NCBI GenBank assembly: GCA_019429385.1
Contig: JAHYIS010000004.1
Span: 7,597-71,596, forward strand
Length of the DNA: 64,000 nucleotides
Source of the DNA: ANME-2 cluster archaeon
Lineage (GTDB): Archaea > Halobacteriota > Methanosarcinia > Methanosarcinales > Methanocomedenaceae
Direction: 5' to 3'
Under the pieces are notes generated by a model, which was given only the letters and a program-made list of their open reading frames with translations, did no database searches and had not been told where the DNA came from. The position numbers were made by a program, and so were the translations under genes. The stretch's first letter is position 1. Each line of letters begins with the position of its first letter. Below, one piece after another: positions 26,477-36,818 of this stretch.

Positions 26477-26710
26477 TCAGGAGCCACTTTTATTGAAAAT
26501 AGATATAACTCCAATAATTATCAGTAACAGCCCCAACATCTTAATGATCGTCTGTGCCTTGAACATGAAAAAAGAAGCATCCCTGCTCATTACACCATAC
26601 ATGAACAGTGAAGAGATGAGATTGAAGTAGAAAAACACCACCAGTATGCCAAGCATCGTCATTAGCATTCCGGCGTAGCTTATTAACTGCTGTTTTTTCT
26701 GTTTATCCAT
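26477..26710 (-). CDS. small two-TM membrane protein
   Basis: It is 77 aa with two hydrophobic helices. It lies on the same strand, upstream of the rSAM cassette. Confidence 0.4.
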   Translation of the reverse strand: MDKQKKQQLISYAGMLMTMLGILVVFFYFNLISSLFMYGVMSRDASFFMFKAQTIIKMLGLLLIIIGVISIFNKSGS

Positions 26711-26788
26711 GGTTGTTTCGTTCCTTCCTTTTATTCAGTGTCTTTGATTCTATGGGCATAACTATAATGGACCGGATAGATATATTCT

Positions 26789-27409
26789 TTGAGGAAAATG
26801 TCAGTAATCACAAAATACAACCGGATTTCATATGTGTATGACCTGATGGAATCCATGGTCGAATTCCTGAAATTTAGAAAATGGCGGCGTATGGTGCTGT
26901 CTGATATCGGCGGCAGGGTACTTGATATGGGAGTGGGTACGGGAAAGAACCTCAACTATTATCCCGGGAACAGCACGGTGATCGGAGTGGATATTAGTCC
27001 GGGTATGCTCGAGCATGCAAAGAAAAAGGCAAAGGATATGGATAATGTCTCGCTTCTGGTGATGGATGGGGAACACCTGGCATTCAAGGATGATAGTTTC
27101 GATAACGTGGTCACTACTTTTGTCTTGTGCTCGGTTCCGGAACCGGTAAATGCTTTACAAGAGTTGCGGCGGGTGTGCAAATTCCAGGGCACCATTACAA
27201 ACCTGGAGCATATGCGAAGCGAACATGTTTTTATTGCATTTCTGGAGGATGTGTTCAATCCTGTTTTCACATTTATCATGGGTGTCAATATCAATCGCAG
27301 GACTGTGGAGAATATCAAAAAAGCCGGGTTGAAGGTTATTGAGGAGCGCAACCTGGGATTGGGGGATGTGTTCAGGCTGGTACGGTCGAAACCAAAAAAA
27401 CAGGTTTAA
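26789..27409 (+). CDS. class I SAM-dependent methyltransferase
   Basis: It has motif I VLDMGVGTGKN and a UbiE-like layout. The ORF starts at TTG 26789 and the first ATG is at 26798. Confidence 0.85.
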   Translation: MRKMSVITKYNRISYVYDLMESMVEFLKFRKWRRMVLSDIGGRVLDMGVGTGKNLNYYPGNSTVIGVDISPGMLEHAKKKAKDMDNVSLLVMDGEHLAFKDDSFDNVVTTFVLCSVPEPVNALQELRRVCKFQGTITNLEHMRSEHVFIAFLEDVFNPVFTFIMGVNINRRTVENIKKAGLKVIEERNLGLGDVFRLVRSKPKKQV

Positions 27410-27548
27410 ACCTAATAGTATCAAATATCAACAGACCACGTGTCTCAGTACTCATAGGGTTCTTCATCAGTTCAGTAAGGTTTTATCATCATTGACACAT
27501 GGTTCTGCAGAATACTTGTTAAACGCTTTTTTAACACTTATAGAATGC

Positions 27549-28199
27549 TTACAGCACAGATACTATCTCATCTGCGATTTGCCTTGCGGCCACCTCCGGA
27601 TCATCGGACTGGTAAATGCTCCTGCCCACTATCACATAATCGGCCCCTGCCCTGATAGTATCACCGGCACTGCCGCCCTGCGCACCGACACCCGGCGATA
27701 TGATAGTAAGGTTGCCCACGATATCTCGTATCTGCTTCACCCGTTCAGGCCGCGTGGCAGGTGCCACCACACCCGTGACACCGCAATCAACAGCCATACG
27801 TGCCATATCCCCGGCAGGAGCAGTCATGAAATCAGCCGCACCCGGATGGCTCATCTCTGTTACCACAAACAGGCCCCTGTTCCATTTTCCGGCCTCGGAC
27901 ACGCATGCCTCAAGACTATCCCGGCCGGTAAAAGCGTGAACTATCACAGCTGCAGCCCCTGCCCGATATGCCTGCTGCAATATCAGGCGGTCGGTATTGG
28001 GAATGTCAGCCACCTTGAAGTCGGCAATTACCGGAGCGAACCGGGCCAGGTCACTGATGATATCCACGCCTGCTGCCAAGACCAGCGGGTACCCCACCTT
28101 CACTGCATCCAGGCAGGCGGCGGTTTTTTCTGTAATGGCAATAGCGGCATCCCTGTCAGTCACATCCATAGCAAGTATCAGTCGTGTATCTTTTTTCAT
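27549..28199 (-). CDS. pyrF: orotidine 5-phosphate decarboxylase
   Basis: It has LILAMDV and the [10 protein letters not shown] motif. Its 216 aa is typical. Confidence 0.9.
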   Translation of the reverse strand: MKKDTRLILAMDVTDRDAAIAITEKTAACLDAVKVGYPLVLAAGVDIISDLARFAPVIADFKVADIPNTDRLILQQAYRAGAAAVIVHAFTGRDSLEACVSEAGKWNRGLFVVTEMSHPGAADFMTAPAGDMARMAVDCGVTGVVAPATRPERVKQIRDIVGNLTIISPGVGAQGGSAGDTIRAGADYVIVGRSIYQSDDPEVAARQIADEIVSVL

Positions 28200-29182
28200 G
28201 GAATACCCCTTCCTTTTTCTCCAAGCCTGCTCCTGGCAGCGGCCACCATAATGGGCAGAGTAATAGTGGCATCGCCGTACACGGTCATGGCTTTTGCATT
28301 CTCTCCAACTTTGCCCCAGGACTGCGCCTCGTCCAGGGTGGCACCGCTCAGTCCCCCGGGGTCAGGCCGGTCCGTGGTCAGCTGGATAGCATAATCAAAA
28401 TCCCTGGGAGTGACCAGCATGCTTTGCAGGATATAGTTCTTAGGCACGCCGCCACCTATCAGCAATGCACCGGCCCGCTTTGCATTATAGCATATATCTA
28501 TGAACTCACGCATATCTGCAAAGGCGTCTACCACCAGTTTTCCGGTCTGCCTGAACAGCCAGGCCTGCAGACCCACGATAGAGTCCTGGATGGCCGGACA
28601 ATAGATGGGAATTTCAGCGTTGCAGGCGCATTTCAAGAGGGAATTTTTATCTTCCAGCTTGCTCCCTATGTGGGTAAGAAGTTCCCTTATCGAAATGGTC
28701 TGCCCTTCCAGTTCTGAGTATGTTGTCTGCAGGAACTCCTCAACATTCGTGAAATGCTCCTCCGGCAGGAACACGTCATATATCCTGTTCACCCGGTCAT
28801 GTTTCAACTGGATATCATCCACAAGGTCTGACCCCTTGAAGTGGTGGAGTCCCAGGCTTTCGATAATGTCATGCACCAGGTTTGCACCGGTGGTCACCAG
28901 CACGTCGATATGACCATCCCTTATCAGGCTGCTGACGATAGTGCGCATACCTGCGGGTACCATGGCCCCGGCAAGGCCGAAGAATTTCGTGCATTCATTA
29001 TCCTCAAGCATAACCGTGTAGATATCCACTGCTCCTGCCAGCCGGCCCGCACCGAAGGCGCAGCCGCTCAGCTGGTTGACCAGTTCATCCACGGACATGT
29101 CAGATGTTATATATGCGTGATTGATGGGGTGTTCAAGCCTGCTGTTGTGGATTGGAACGCTGAGTTTTTCTTCATGTTTCAT
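28196..29182 (-). CDS. dys: deoxyhypusine synthase
   Basis: It is 328 aa with the [15 protein letters not shown]-binding motif and the overall DHS pattern. It overlaps pyrF by 4 bp. Confidence 0.9.
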   Translation of the reverse strand: MKHEEKLSVPIHNSRLEHPINHAYITSDMSVDELVNQLSGCAFGAGRLAGAVDIYTVMLEDNECTKFFGLAGAMVPAGMRTIVSSLIRDGHIDVLVTTGANLVHDIIESLGLHHFKGSDLVDDIQLKHDRVNRIYDVFLPEEHFTNVEEFLQTTYSELEGQTISIRELLTHIGSKLEDKNSLLKCACNAEIPIYCPAIQDSIVGLQAWLFRQTGKLVVDAFADMREFIDICYNAKRAGALLIGGGVPKNYILQSMLVTPRDFDYAIQLTTDRPDPGGLSGATLDEAQSWGKVGENAKAMTVYGDATITLPIMVAAARSRLGEKGRGIP

Positions 29183-29220
29183 AATTGTTAAAAAAATTAA
29201 ACACTATTTTATAATTTATT

Positions 29221-30153
29221 TTAAATATGTCTTCGAACTGCATTTATAATCAGGTCTTTGTCATTTCTTATCCCGTTGACCAATATCATTTTATGAAGAA
29301 TTCCATAATTATCATCCTCGACTTTCCCAATAAGTTCAAACCCTATTTGTTTGTACATATTAATTAATCCTGGTCGGTCAAAAGCATATGCATAGATGAA
29401 ATCAAATTCATGGTGAAACATATACATACATATTAATTTTAATAAAGTACTTGCGTATTTGTTACCTTTTTTTGTATTTGACGTTGCGATTATATCAAGA
29501 AAAAGGCCAGTATGACTATTAATGCCTTTTTCATAGAATTGGATAATAGAACAGATATCGGCTTTATCTTCTACAAGGTAAATCTTTGCATCAGTATGCT
29601 GCTGGTTCTTGAAAAAATCAGATAAGGAAATCTTATCAATACGGAAATCTCCACATTTGAATGACTTACTGCAATCTTCGTACAGTATTTTTCTTACAAT
29701 ACCTCGGGGGTAGGTCCTGATTGGATAATCGCTCCAGGGGAAATATACTCTGGTATCTTCTTCTGTCTCAAAAACGAAAATATTCGGAACAATCATTGAA
29801 TTTTGTCTCATCAGTAATGATAATATCTTTATCTCAGCTGCACCAAGGCTAAGCAGTTTATTTACCACTTTTAAGACAGTTTTTCCGGAAATCACCGTGT
29901 CTTCACATATTAGTATATTCTTATCTCGAATGTCAGATAAGTTAGAATCAGGTATCGATACAGAACCGTTATTAATACTACAAGAAATTATTTTTTCAAA
30001 TGTACCAATATTGTTGATTCTTTCAGCAACATGCATTCCACCAGTGTTTATTCCTAAAAGAATGTATGAATCAAAACCCTCTTTTTTTATTTTTTTATAA
30101 GCCTGCTGCAAGCTATTTTCTACATTGTTTTCATCAAAAAAAATCTCTCTCAC
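29221..30153 (-). CDS. fusion protein: N-terminal phosphoribosyltransferase domain + C-terminal GNAT acetyltransferase-like domain
   Basis: It has the PRPP loop ILICEDTVISGKTV and VYFPWSDYP, matching the Gpt-like PRTase at 1-650. The C-terminal half has a GNAT-like pattern (NKYASTLLKLICMYMF...AFDRPGLINMYKQIGFE). It uses a GTG start and the gene is AT-rich. Confidence 0.65.
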   Translation of the reverse strand: MREIFFDENNVENSLQQAYKKIKKEGFDSYILLGINTGGMHVAERINNIGTFEKIISCSINNGSVSIPDSNLSDIRDKNILICEDTVISGKTVLKVVNKLLSLGAAEIKILSLLMRQNSMIVPNIFVFETEEDTRVYFPWSDYPIRTYPRGIVRKILYEDCSKSFKCGDFRIDKISLSDFFKNQQHTDAKIYLVEDKADICSIIQFYEKGINSHTGLFLDIIATSNTKKGNKYASTLLKLICMYMFHHEFDFIYAYAFDRPGLINMYKQIGFELIGKVEDDNYGILHKMILVNGIRNDKDLIINAVRRHI

Positions 30154-30171
30154 TTAATTCACACCAAAAGC

Positions 30172-30342
30172 TCAGTCACAATGCCGGATATCGTGAGAAA
30201 TATAAAGCAGGGAAGGACTTGCCATGGGTGATTCTTCAACGAGGTTTCCCCATTCATCTGCAAAACAATCTATACACATTTCACTTAACTGTGGATGTTC
30301 TTCACCAAGGGGCATATGACACATTTTGCATTCTGAAACCAT
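30172..30342 (-). CDS. candidate 56-aa zinc-ribbon protein
   Basis: My own translation gives MVSECKMCHMPLGEEHPQLSEMCIDCFADEWGNLVEESPMASPSLLYISHDIRHCD. It has two CxxC pairs. It ends 18 nt before the PRT-GNAT start on the same strand. Confidence 0.35.
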   Translation of the reverse strand: MVSECKMCHMPLGEEHPQLSEMCIDCFADEWGNLVEESPMASPSLLYISHDIRHCD

Positions 30343-30654
30343 TTATTACAACCTTCAATGTAGTATGACATTTCTGTTTACGAACTATTGAATTATCGTT
30401 TGTAATAATATATATGATTTATCATCATGAATTCCCTGTTTTCATGTATCAGGTATAATCTGATATTTTCTGGTAAATATGACGAAGGGAGGATTTTTCG
30501 AACACAGTATATGCGCAAATCAGCCATTAATCGAAAATGGTTTCGTTGCTTAACTTTTATATAATTTCGCCACACTATGTGTCGTTACGCATCAGGAAAT
30601 GCAGCAAACACAAATAAATCAGATCATTATTTTTCATCTATGGGGCAAAAATCT

Positions 30655-33435
30655 ATGAATCACAATTACAATCCCAAAAAAATCGAGTCGAAATGGCAAA
30701 AACGCTGGGAAGAATCAGGGATATTCACCGTCACCGAGGACACCTCAAAACCAAAGTACTACTGCCTTGAGATGTACCCGTACCCATCAGCAGCACTGCA
30801 TATGGGTCACCTGCGCAACTATGCCATCGGGGACAGCATAGCCAGGTTTAAACGGATGCAGGGATTCAACGTGCTCTATCCCATGGGGTATGATGCCTTC
30901 GGGCTGCCGGCAGAAAATGCTGCCATCAAACAGAAAATCGACCCAGAGACCTGGACCCGCAGCAACATAAAAAACATAAAACGCCAGCAACAGGAGATGG
31001 GCCTGTCCTACGACTGGTCGCGTCAGATACAGAGCCTGGATGAGGATTATTATAAGTGGAACCAGTGGATATTCCTGAAATTATTTGAAAAAGGGCTAAC
31101 GTACCGGGAGAACGCGCTGATAAACTGGTGTCCCGACTGCCGTACCGTGCTTGCTAACGAACAGGTCATTAATAACAGGTGCTGGCGCTGTTCAACCGTG
31201 GTGGAGCAGAAGGAATTGAAACAGTGGTTCTTCAAGATACGGGACTATGCGGATGAACTGCTGGATGGCCTGGAAGACCTGGACTGGCCAGAATCTGTCA
31301 AAATGATGCAGCGCAACTGGATAGGGCGCAGTGAAGGTACCATAATCAGGTTCACCATAGCCGATACAGGCGAGACCATCCCCATTTTCACTACGCGACC
31401 TGATACCGTATTCGGTGTTACCTTCATGGTATTCGCACCCGAGCACCCGAAGATAAAGGAATGGGTCGAGGGTACAAAATACCAGGCCGACTTTGAAGCA
31501 TTCCTGGCCGAGGTCGCGCAGGAAGACAAGTTCCTGAGGATGTCTGCTGATAAGGATAAGAAAGGAATGTTCATCGGCAAGTACGCTATAAACCCGCTGA
31601 CGGGGGATGAAATTCCTGTGTATGTCGGCAATTTCGTGATCTATGAATACGGTGCGGGAGCAGTAATGGCAGTACCAGCCCACGACCAGCGCGATTTCGA
31701 GTTTGCAAAGGTGCACGATATACCCATAAAGATAGTCATCCAGCCTCCTGACAGGGAACTCAACACCGATGAGATGGAAGAAGCCTATATTGACGACGGA
31801 GTACTGGTGAACAGCGGAGAATTTGACGGCACTGGCAACCGGGATGCCATCATCAGGATAAGTGAGAAATTACAGAGCCAGGGGTTGGGCGAGCGCACGG
31901 TCAATTACAAGCTCAGGAACTGGCTTATATCAAGGCAGCGCTACTGGGGTACTCCCATCCCCATCATCTACTGCAACGAATGCGGTACCGTACCTGTACC
32001 CATTGAAGACCTGCCTGTCAGGTTGCCTAAAGATGTAGAATTTACCGGTAGCGGCAACCCGCTGGAAACCTCAAGGAGTTTTTCCGTTGTTACCTGTCCC
32101 GGTTGTGGCGGGCCTGCCCGAAGGGAGACCGATACCATGGACACTTTTGTGGACTCATCCTGGTATTTCTTCAAATACTGCAGTCCTTGTACTGAAACCA
32201 TGCCGTTTGAAAAGGAGGCAGCTTCCTACTGGATGCCGGTAGACCAGTATATCGGTGGTATAGAACATGCTATCCTGCACCTGTTATACGCCAGGTTCTT
32301 TACCAGGGCCATGCGGGATATCGGGCTGACTGAAGTAGACGAACCCTTTGCCAGGTTGCTATGCCAGGGTATGGTGAATAAAGAAACGCCCTACTGTGAG
32401 GTGTGCGGCAGGTTCCTGCCTCCCGGCGAATTCGAGGAACATTCATGCTGTACCTGCGGTAGCAAATACGCTATGAAGAGCGCAAAGATGTCAAAGAGCC
32501 TGGGCAACGTTGTTGACCCCCAGATATTAATGGACAAATACGGGGCTGATTCATCACGTTTTTTCATACTTTTCGGTTCAAATCCCGAACGAGAACTGGA
32601 ATGGTCAGATTCGGGGATCGAGAGTGTGTATAAGTTCCTTGATAAGACATATCGCCTGCTGGTAGAACCGCCTTTTTCCCTGAAAAATGGCATTGATGCC
32701 AGGGACAGCTATATCCGATTCCTGACTCACATGACCATTAAGGAAGCAAACGAGGCCTTTGAGGAGCTCAAACTCAAGGATGTCCTCACAAATATACAGG
32801 CACTGGTTGACGGGATATCTGATTACAATCAGTCTGCGGTCAATGGTGAGATAGTTAACAATGCCAGAAGGGCTATTATGTTACTGTTAAGCCCGATAAC
32901 GCCTCATCTTTGTGAGGAAGCCTGGGAATCTACCGGGAATGAAGGCCTCATCTGCCAGGCCAGATGGCCGAAATGTGATTATGCCGTGGTCAATGAATCA
33001 GAATCCTATAAGTGGAATATGCTTGCCGACCTGGGTGATGACGTAAAGGAGATACTCAAGGTGGCACATATCATATCTCCAGAAAAGATACAGATAATTG
33101 TTGCAGCCGGATGGAAGTTCGAGCTTGCAGCCCTTTTCAGGCAGGAGTTCGCCAGGACAAAGGACAGGGGGCAAATAATGAAAGCCCTGATGTCCACAGA
33201 CCTGAAACGGTATGGGAAACAGGTCAATGTGATACTGGGTAAATACCTGGATGACCCTGCCCTGGCTCCATCTGTTGAAGTGGATGCACGGGTGGAATAT
33301 GATTTCCTGAGAAGCGCCGCTTCTATCTTAACATCTCAGTTCAGTTGCGCAATCGAAATTTCCCGGGAAGAGGACTCAAAAGAGAAGAAAGCTGTAAGTG
33401 CTCTCCCGGGGAGACAATCTATTATAGTGGATTGA
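30655..33435 (+). CDS. leuS: leucyl-tRNA synthetase
   Basis: It has [22 protein letters not shown] (the HIGH motif) and KMSKS. The ORF opens at 30577, but the conserved N-terminus begins at the ATG at 30655. Confidence 0.95.
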   Translation: MNHNYNPKKIESKWQKRWEESGIFTVTEDTSKPKYYCLEMYPYPSAALHMGHLRNYAIGDSIARFKRMQGFNVLYPMGYDAFGLPAENAAIKQKIDPETWTRSNIKNIKRQQQEMGLSYDWSRQIQSLDEDYYKWNQWIFLKLFEKGLTYRENALINWCPDCRTVLANEQVINNRCWRCSTVVEQKELKQWFFKIRDYADELLDGLEDLDWPESVKMMQRNWIGRSEGTIIRFTIADTGETIPIFTTRPDTVFGVTFMVFAPEHPKIKEWVEGTKYQADFEAFLAEVAQEDKFLRMSADKDKKGMFIGKYAINPLTGDEIPVYVGNFVIYEYGAGAVMAVPAHDQRDFEFAKVHDIPIKIVIQPPDRELNTDEMEEAYIDDGVLVNSGEFDGTGNRDAIIRISEKLQSQGLGERTVNYKLRNWLISRQRYWGTPIPIIYCNECGTVPVPIEDLPVRLPKDVEFTGSGNPLETSRSFSVVTCPGCGGPARRETDTMDTFVDSSWYFFKYCSPCTETMPFEKEAASYWMPVDQYIGGIEHAILHLLYARFFTRAMRDIGLTEVDEPFARLLCQGMVNKETPYCEVCGRFLPPGEFEEHSCCTCGSKYAMKSAKMSKSLGNVVDPQILMDKYGADSSRFFILFGSNPERELEWSDSGIESVYKFLDKTYRLLVEPPFSLKNGIDARDSYIRFLTHMTIKEANEAFEELKLKDVLTNIQALVDGISDYNQSAVNGEIVNNARRAIMLLLSPITPHLCEEAWESTGNEGLICQARWPKCDYAVVNESESYKWNMLADLGDDVKEILKVAHIISPEKIQIIVAAGWKFELAALFRQEFARTKDRGQIMKALMSTDLKRYGKQVNVILGKYLDDPALAPSVEVDARVEYDFLRSAASILTSQFSCAIEISREEDSKEKKAVSALPGRQSIIVD

Positions 33436-33500
33436 ATATTTGTATGATTGCCATAAGTAGTTGGAAAAAAGCAGATAGAAATTGTTAGTTGTGTAATTAC

Positions 33501-33965
33501 ATGCCGGAATCACAAATCGAGTTTGAAGTTAAAGCGCCTATTGAATCAGTATGGAGTTTGATGGCTGACCCGGAAATGTCCACACACTGTATCCCAGGAT
33601 TGCTGGAATGCGAGGTCACCGGCCCCAATACAAATCTCTGGATAATGGAATTCCAGATAGGACCATTGATAAAACGGGTCGAGATGAACAGTACGACCAT
33701 AGAAGTTGACCCGCCGTACCGGGGAAAATGGGAAGGAAATGCCAAAGGTATTAAAATGAGCGGGGAAATTGAACTCAAGGAGAATACCAATTCCAGTACC
33801 ATTGTTTTTTACAAATTAAGACTGGAACCTCAAAGCCTGTTCTTGCTGTCCATGATATCCTTTATTGAGCAAAAACTGGACAATGATGTGCGCCAGTATG
33901 CCGAGAATGTCAAGTACCATGTAGAAAAGGACAATTCGTTTGAGAAGAATACTGGTAATGTATAA
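33501..33965 (+). CDS. SRPBCC (CoxG-like) ligand-binding protein
   Basis: The sequence IEFEVKAPIESVWSLMADPEMSTHCIPGL... is the typical CoxG/SRPBCC N-terminus. Confidence 0.65.
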   Translation: MPESQIEFEVKAPIESVWSLMADPEMSTHCIPGLLECEVTGPNTNLWIMEFQIGPLIKRVEMNSTTIEVDPPYRGKWEGNAKGIKMSGEIELKENTNSSTIVFYKLRLEPQSLFLLSMISFIEQKLDNDVRQYAENVKYHVEKDNSFEKNTGNV

Positions 33966-33993
33966 TTATATTAGATAGGTGGTTTGAACAATT

Positions 33994-34446
33994 TTGCTCA
34001 GAAAAGCCAGGGTTGGGGATGTTGCCCAGATCCGTCAGCTGATCAATGTTTATGCGCACCAGGAGGTCATGCTGCCTCGTGCCATCGGAGAGTTATATGA
34101 AAATATCCGGGACTTTTTTGTAATTGAAAAAGAAGACCTTATCGTCGCCTGTGGTGCGCTGCACGTGACCTGGGAAGAGTACGGTGAGATATTGTCACTG
34201 GCAGTGTCCACTACAGAGAAAAGAAAAGGACATGGTTCCAGGATACTTGAGGCATGTTTGAAGGAAGCTCAGGAACTCGGTATCAAGCATCTGGTCACAT
34301 TGACGTATGCACAGGAGTTTTTTGAGCATCACGGGTTCAAGGTTGTGGATAAGTCTACACTTCCCCATAAATTATGGAGCATGTGTGTGAAATGTCCCCG
34401 TTTTCCTGAATGTGATGAAATTGCAATGATAAAAGAACTGGACTGA
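33994..34446 (+). CDS. GNAT family N-acetyltransferase
   Basis: It is 150 aa with the acetyl-CoA motif RKGHGSRILEACLKEA. It uses a TTG start. Confidence 0.8.
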   Translation: MLRKARVGDVAQIRQLINVYAHQEVMLPRAIGELYENIRDFFVIEKEDLIVACGALHVTWEEYGEILSLAVSTTEKRKGHGSRILEACLKEAQELGIKHLVTLTYAQEFFEHHGFKVVDKSTLPHKLWSMCVKCPRFPECDEIAMIKELD

Positions 34447-34518
34447 GTTCACTGGTATCCTTATCTCACCGGTATTCTTTGCAGTAACTATTATGTTCAT
34501 TGCTGTTCATTGTGTTTT

Positions 34519-35307
34519 ATGGACACTATGCCAGATTTTAACCCGGAAGATGCTGCAAAGAAGATCACCAATTTCATCAAAGCGTATGTGAAAAAATCCG
34601 GCACAAAGGGTGCTGTTATCGGACTTAGCGGAGGTATAGATTCTGCTGTTACCACGTACCTGGCTGTAAAAGCACTGGGCAGGCAAAATGTGCTTGCACT
34701 AATCATGCCTGAAAGAAGCCTGACACCTCCTGAAGATGTACTTGATGCCACTGATGTGGCAAATATCCTGAACATCGAATTTTCAGTAATGGATATATCT
34801 GAAACACTTAATTCATTCATCATCTCAATACCTGAATTTGTGGAGGATGACAGGATGTCAGCGGGTAACCTGAAAGCCAGAATCAGGATGTGTACCCTGT
34901 ATTACTATGCAAACATGATGAACCGCATTGTGATAGGTACAGGCAACAGGACAGAACTGCTCCTGGGGTATTTTACTAAATACGGAGACGGTGGAGTGGA
35001 TATTGAACCGATTGGAAACCTGTTCAAGTCGCAGGTCAGGAAACTGGCAGTTTACCTGGATGTACCCAAACACATCATAGACAAACCGCCTACTGCGGGA
35101 CTGTGGCCCGGGCAGACAGATGAGAAGGATTTGGGCCTGACCTATGAAGAGATTGATAATGTACTGGTTGCACTGCTGGACCAAAAAGAATCTTTTGAAT
35201 TCGTGGTGAACCGGTATGGAATAGATGAAAAGGTAATTTCAGGGATGCTTGCGCGGATCGAGCGAAATATTCACAAACGCCGGGTTGCTCCCACACCACC
35301 GAAATAG
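34519..35307 (+). CDS. nadE: NH3-dependent NAD+ synthetase
   Basis: It has the PP-loop GLSGGIDSAV and a length of about 262 aa. The ORF opens at TTG 34510. Confidence 0.9.
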   Translation: MDTMPDFNPEDAAKKITNFIKAYVKKSGTKGAVIGLSGGIDSAVTTYLAVKALGRQNVLALIMPERSLTPPEDVLDATDVANILNIEFSVMDISETLNSFIISIPEFVEDDRMSAGNLKARIRMCTLYYYANMMNRIVIGTGNRTELLLGYFTKYGDGGVDIEPIGNLFKSQVRKLAVYLDVPKHIIDKPPTAGLWPGQTDEKDLGLTYEEIDNVLVALLDQKESFEFVVNRYGIDEKVISGMLARIERNIHKRRVAPTPPK

Positions 35308-35322
35308 AAAAGATAATAAATA

Positions 35323-36315
35323 ATGGGTGGCATAATCATCATCATTATGTCTGGAAAAACGCCGTTGTGGATATATTCAATTGTATTTTTATTACTGCTG
35401 TTCTTGTTACCTGTTTGTGCAGCTGAAATGACATACACGTTTGATGTTAACAAGGACGGTGGAGCATGGTATGTAATAGAATATCGTACGCTTCTGGATT
35501 CACAGGCAAGGGTGGATGAGTTCAACAGTTTCAAAGGTATGGTCGAAGGCAACACAACGTTTAAAACTGAATTTGAATCAAATATGCGCAATATTGTCTC
35601 ACAGGCAGGGGTTGCCACATCAAGACCTATGACTGCAAGTGATTTTGATGTTTTGGTAAGTGTTCAGAACACGGCTACCGGTAATTACGGCATTGTGCGT
35701 TCTTCTTTTAAGTGGAGCCATCTGGCAGAGGTTTCCGGTTCTTCAATTAAACTGGGTGATGTGTTCTTTGGCGGGCAGTATATTTCCAATGACGATACTT
35801 TTATTGTGAAAATACCTGATGGGTATAAGCTCTCAGGGGCTACTCCTGAACCTGATGTCAGGCGTAAGGATGAACTGATATGGAACGGACCACGGACATT
35901 TAATTCGGGTGAACCCACGGTTACTTTTGCGAAAGGGACATCCTGGCTGGTTATAGCAGGGATTCTGGTCATACTAGGCGCCGGAGCATTTTTCATCTTA
36001 AAAAAAAAAGATTACACCGGTAGTAGCAATGCCAAACGGCCCGGTAAAGTGAGTAAAGCCGAACCATCCGGAACCACACAGTCTGAGCGCCCGGGGTCGT
36101 CCGGAAGTACGGGCATGGTTCCAGGTCTTGAATCCGATGAGGATATTATTATATCCATGCTCAAGGAACGTGGTGGTGCTATGATGCAGTCCAGTATTGT
36201 GAATAATAGTGGTTTTTCTAAATCAAAAACCAGTTCCCTGTTGAATAAGATGGCTGAGGATGGATTGATACAGCGGGTCAGGAAGGGAAGGGAGAATCTG
36301 GTCCGACTCGTCTGA
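35323..36315 (+). CDS. membrane-anchored protein with extracytoplasmic domain, TM and C-terminal winged-helix DNA-binding domain
   Basis: It has an N-terminal signal/TM, a central TM (WLVIAGILVILGAGAFFIL), a low-complexity linker, and the C-terminus IISMLKERGGAMMQSSIVNNSGFSKSKTSSLLNKMAEDGLIQRVRKGRENLV. Confidence 0.65.
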   Translation: MGGIIIIIMSGKTPLWIYSIVFLLLLFLLPVCAAEMTYTFDVNKDGGAWYVIEYRTLLDSQARVDEFNSFKGMVEGNTTFKTEFESNMRNIVSQAGVATSRPMTASDFDVLVSVQNTATGNYGIVRSSFKWSHLAEVSGSSIKLGDVFFGGQYISNDDTFIVKIPDGYKLSGATPEPDVRRKDELIWNGPRTFNSGEPTVTFAKGTSWLVIAGILVILGAGAFFILKKKDYTGSSNAKRPGKVSKAEPSGTTQSERPGSSGSTGMVPGLESDEDIIISMLKERGGAMMQSSIVNNSGFSKSKTSSLLNKMAEDGLIQRVRKGRENLVRLV

Positions 36316-36818
36316 ATTATTGTATTTCATAGACAAAACTGTTCTGGCTGTGATAGTGTCTGGATTTTAGAATTTAATGGATGTATACAGCTTTTCTATT
36401 GGGAGTGATACATCAACTGTGGGGCAGTATGAATACAACAGAAGATTTGATCAGTATCATCAAAGAATCTTATCGAAGTAATAGTACTCATTTTAAAAAT
36501 AATTTCGTCCCGTCTATTGAGGAAGGGATTCATGAAGGGGTCACAAAGGGAATTGAGAACGGGTAAAAGAAGGAATTCTGGATGGTCTCGATGAATGTTT
36601 TGATATGGGATTTTTAACAATCAAGCGTAAAGCTCCCAAGGAATTAACCGAGATACTATCCATGGTCGGTATTTCAAAATGAAAATACCGGAAATATTGA
36701 TTTTGAATAAAAGTAAACAGCCGGACCTGCACCGGATTTATCCCCTCAGACTAAATTATTGGCAGTCCGGCTGGCTTCATTGTGGTTGGATTTAATTGTT
36801 CACGTTAACCTTTGAGTC

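Noticed and set aside
27339-28394. A 351-aa plus-strand ORF.
   Set aside because: It is antisense to the clearly recognisable pyrF and dys genes. Its product is low-complexity and rich in His, Cys and Ser with no motif.
30393-30575. A 60-aa minus-strand ORF upstream of leuS.
   Set aside because: It lies in AT-rich spacer sequence with no RBS or motif. It probably overlaps the leuS promoter.
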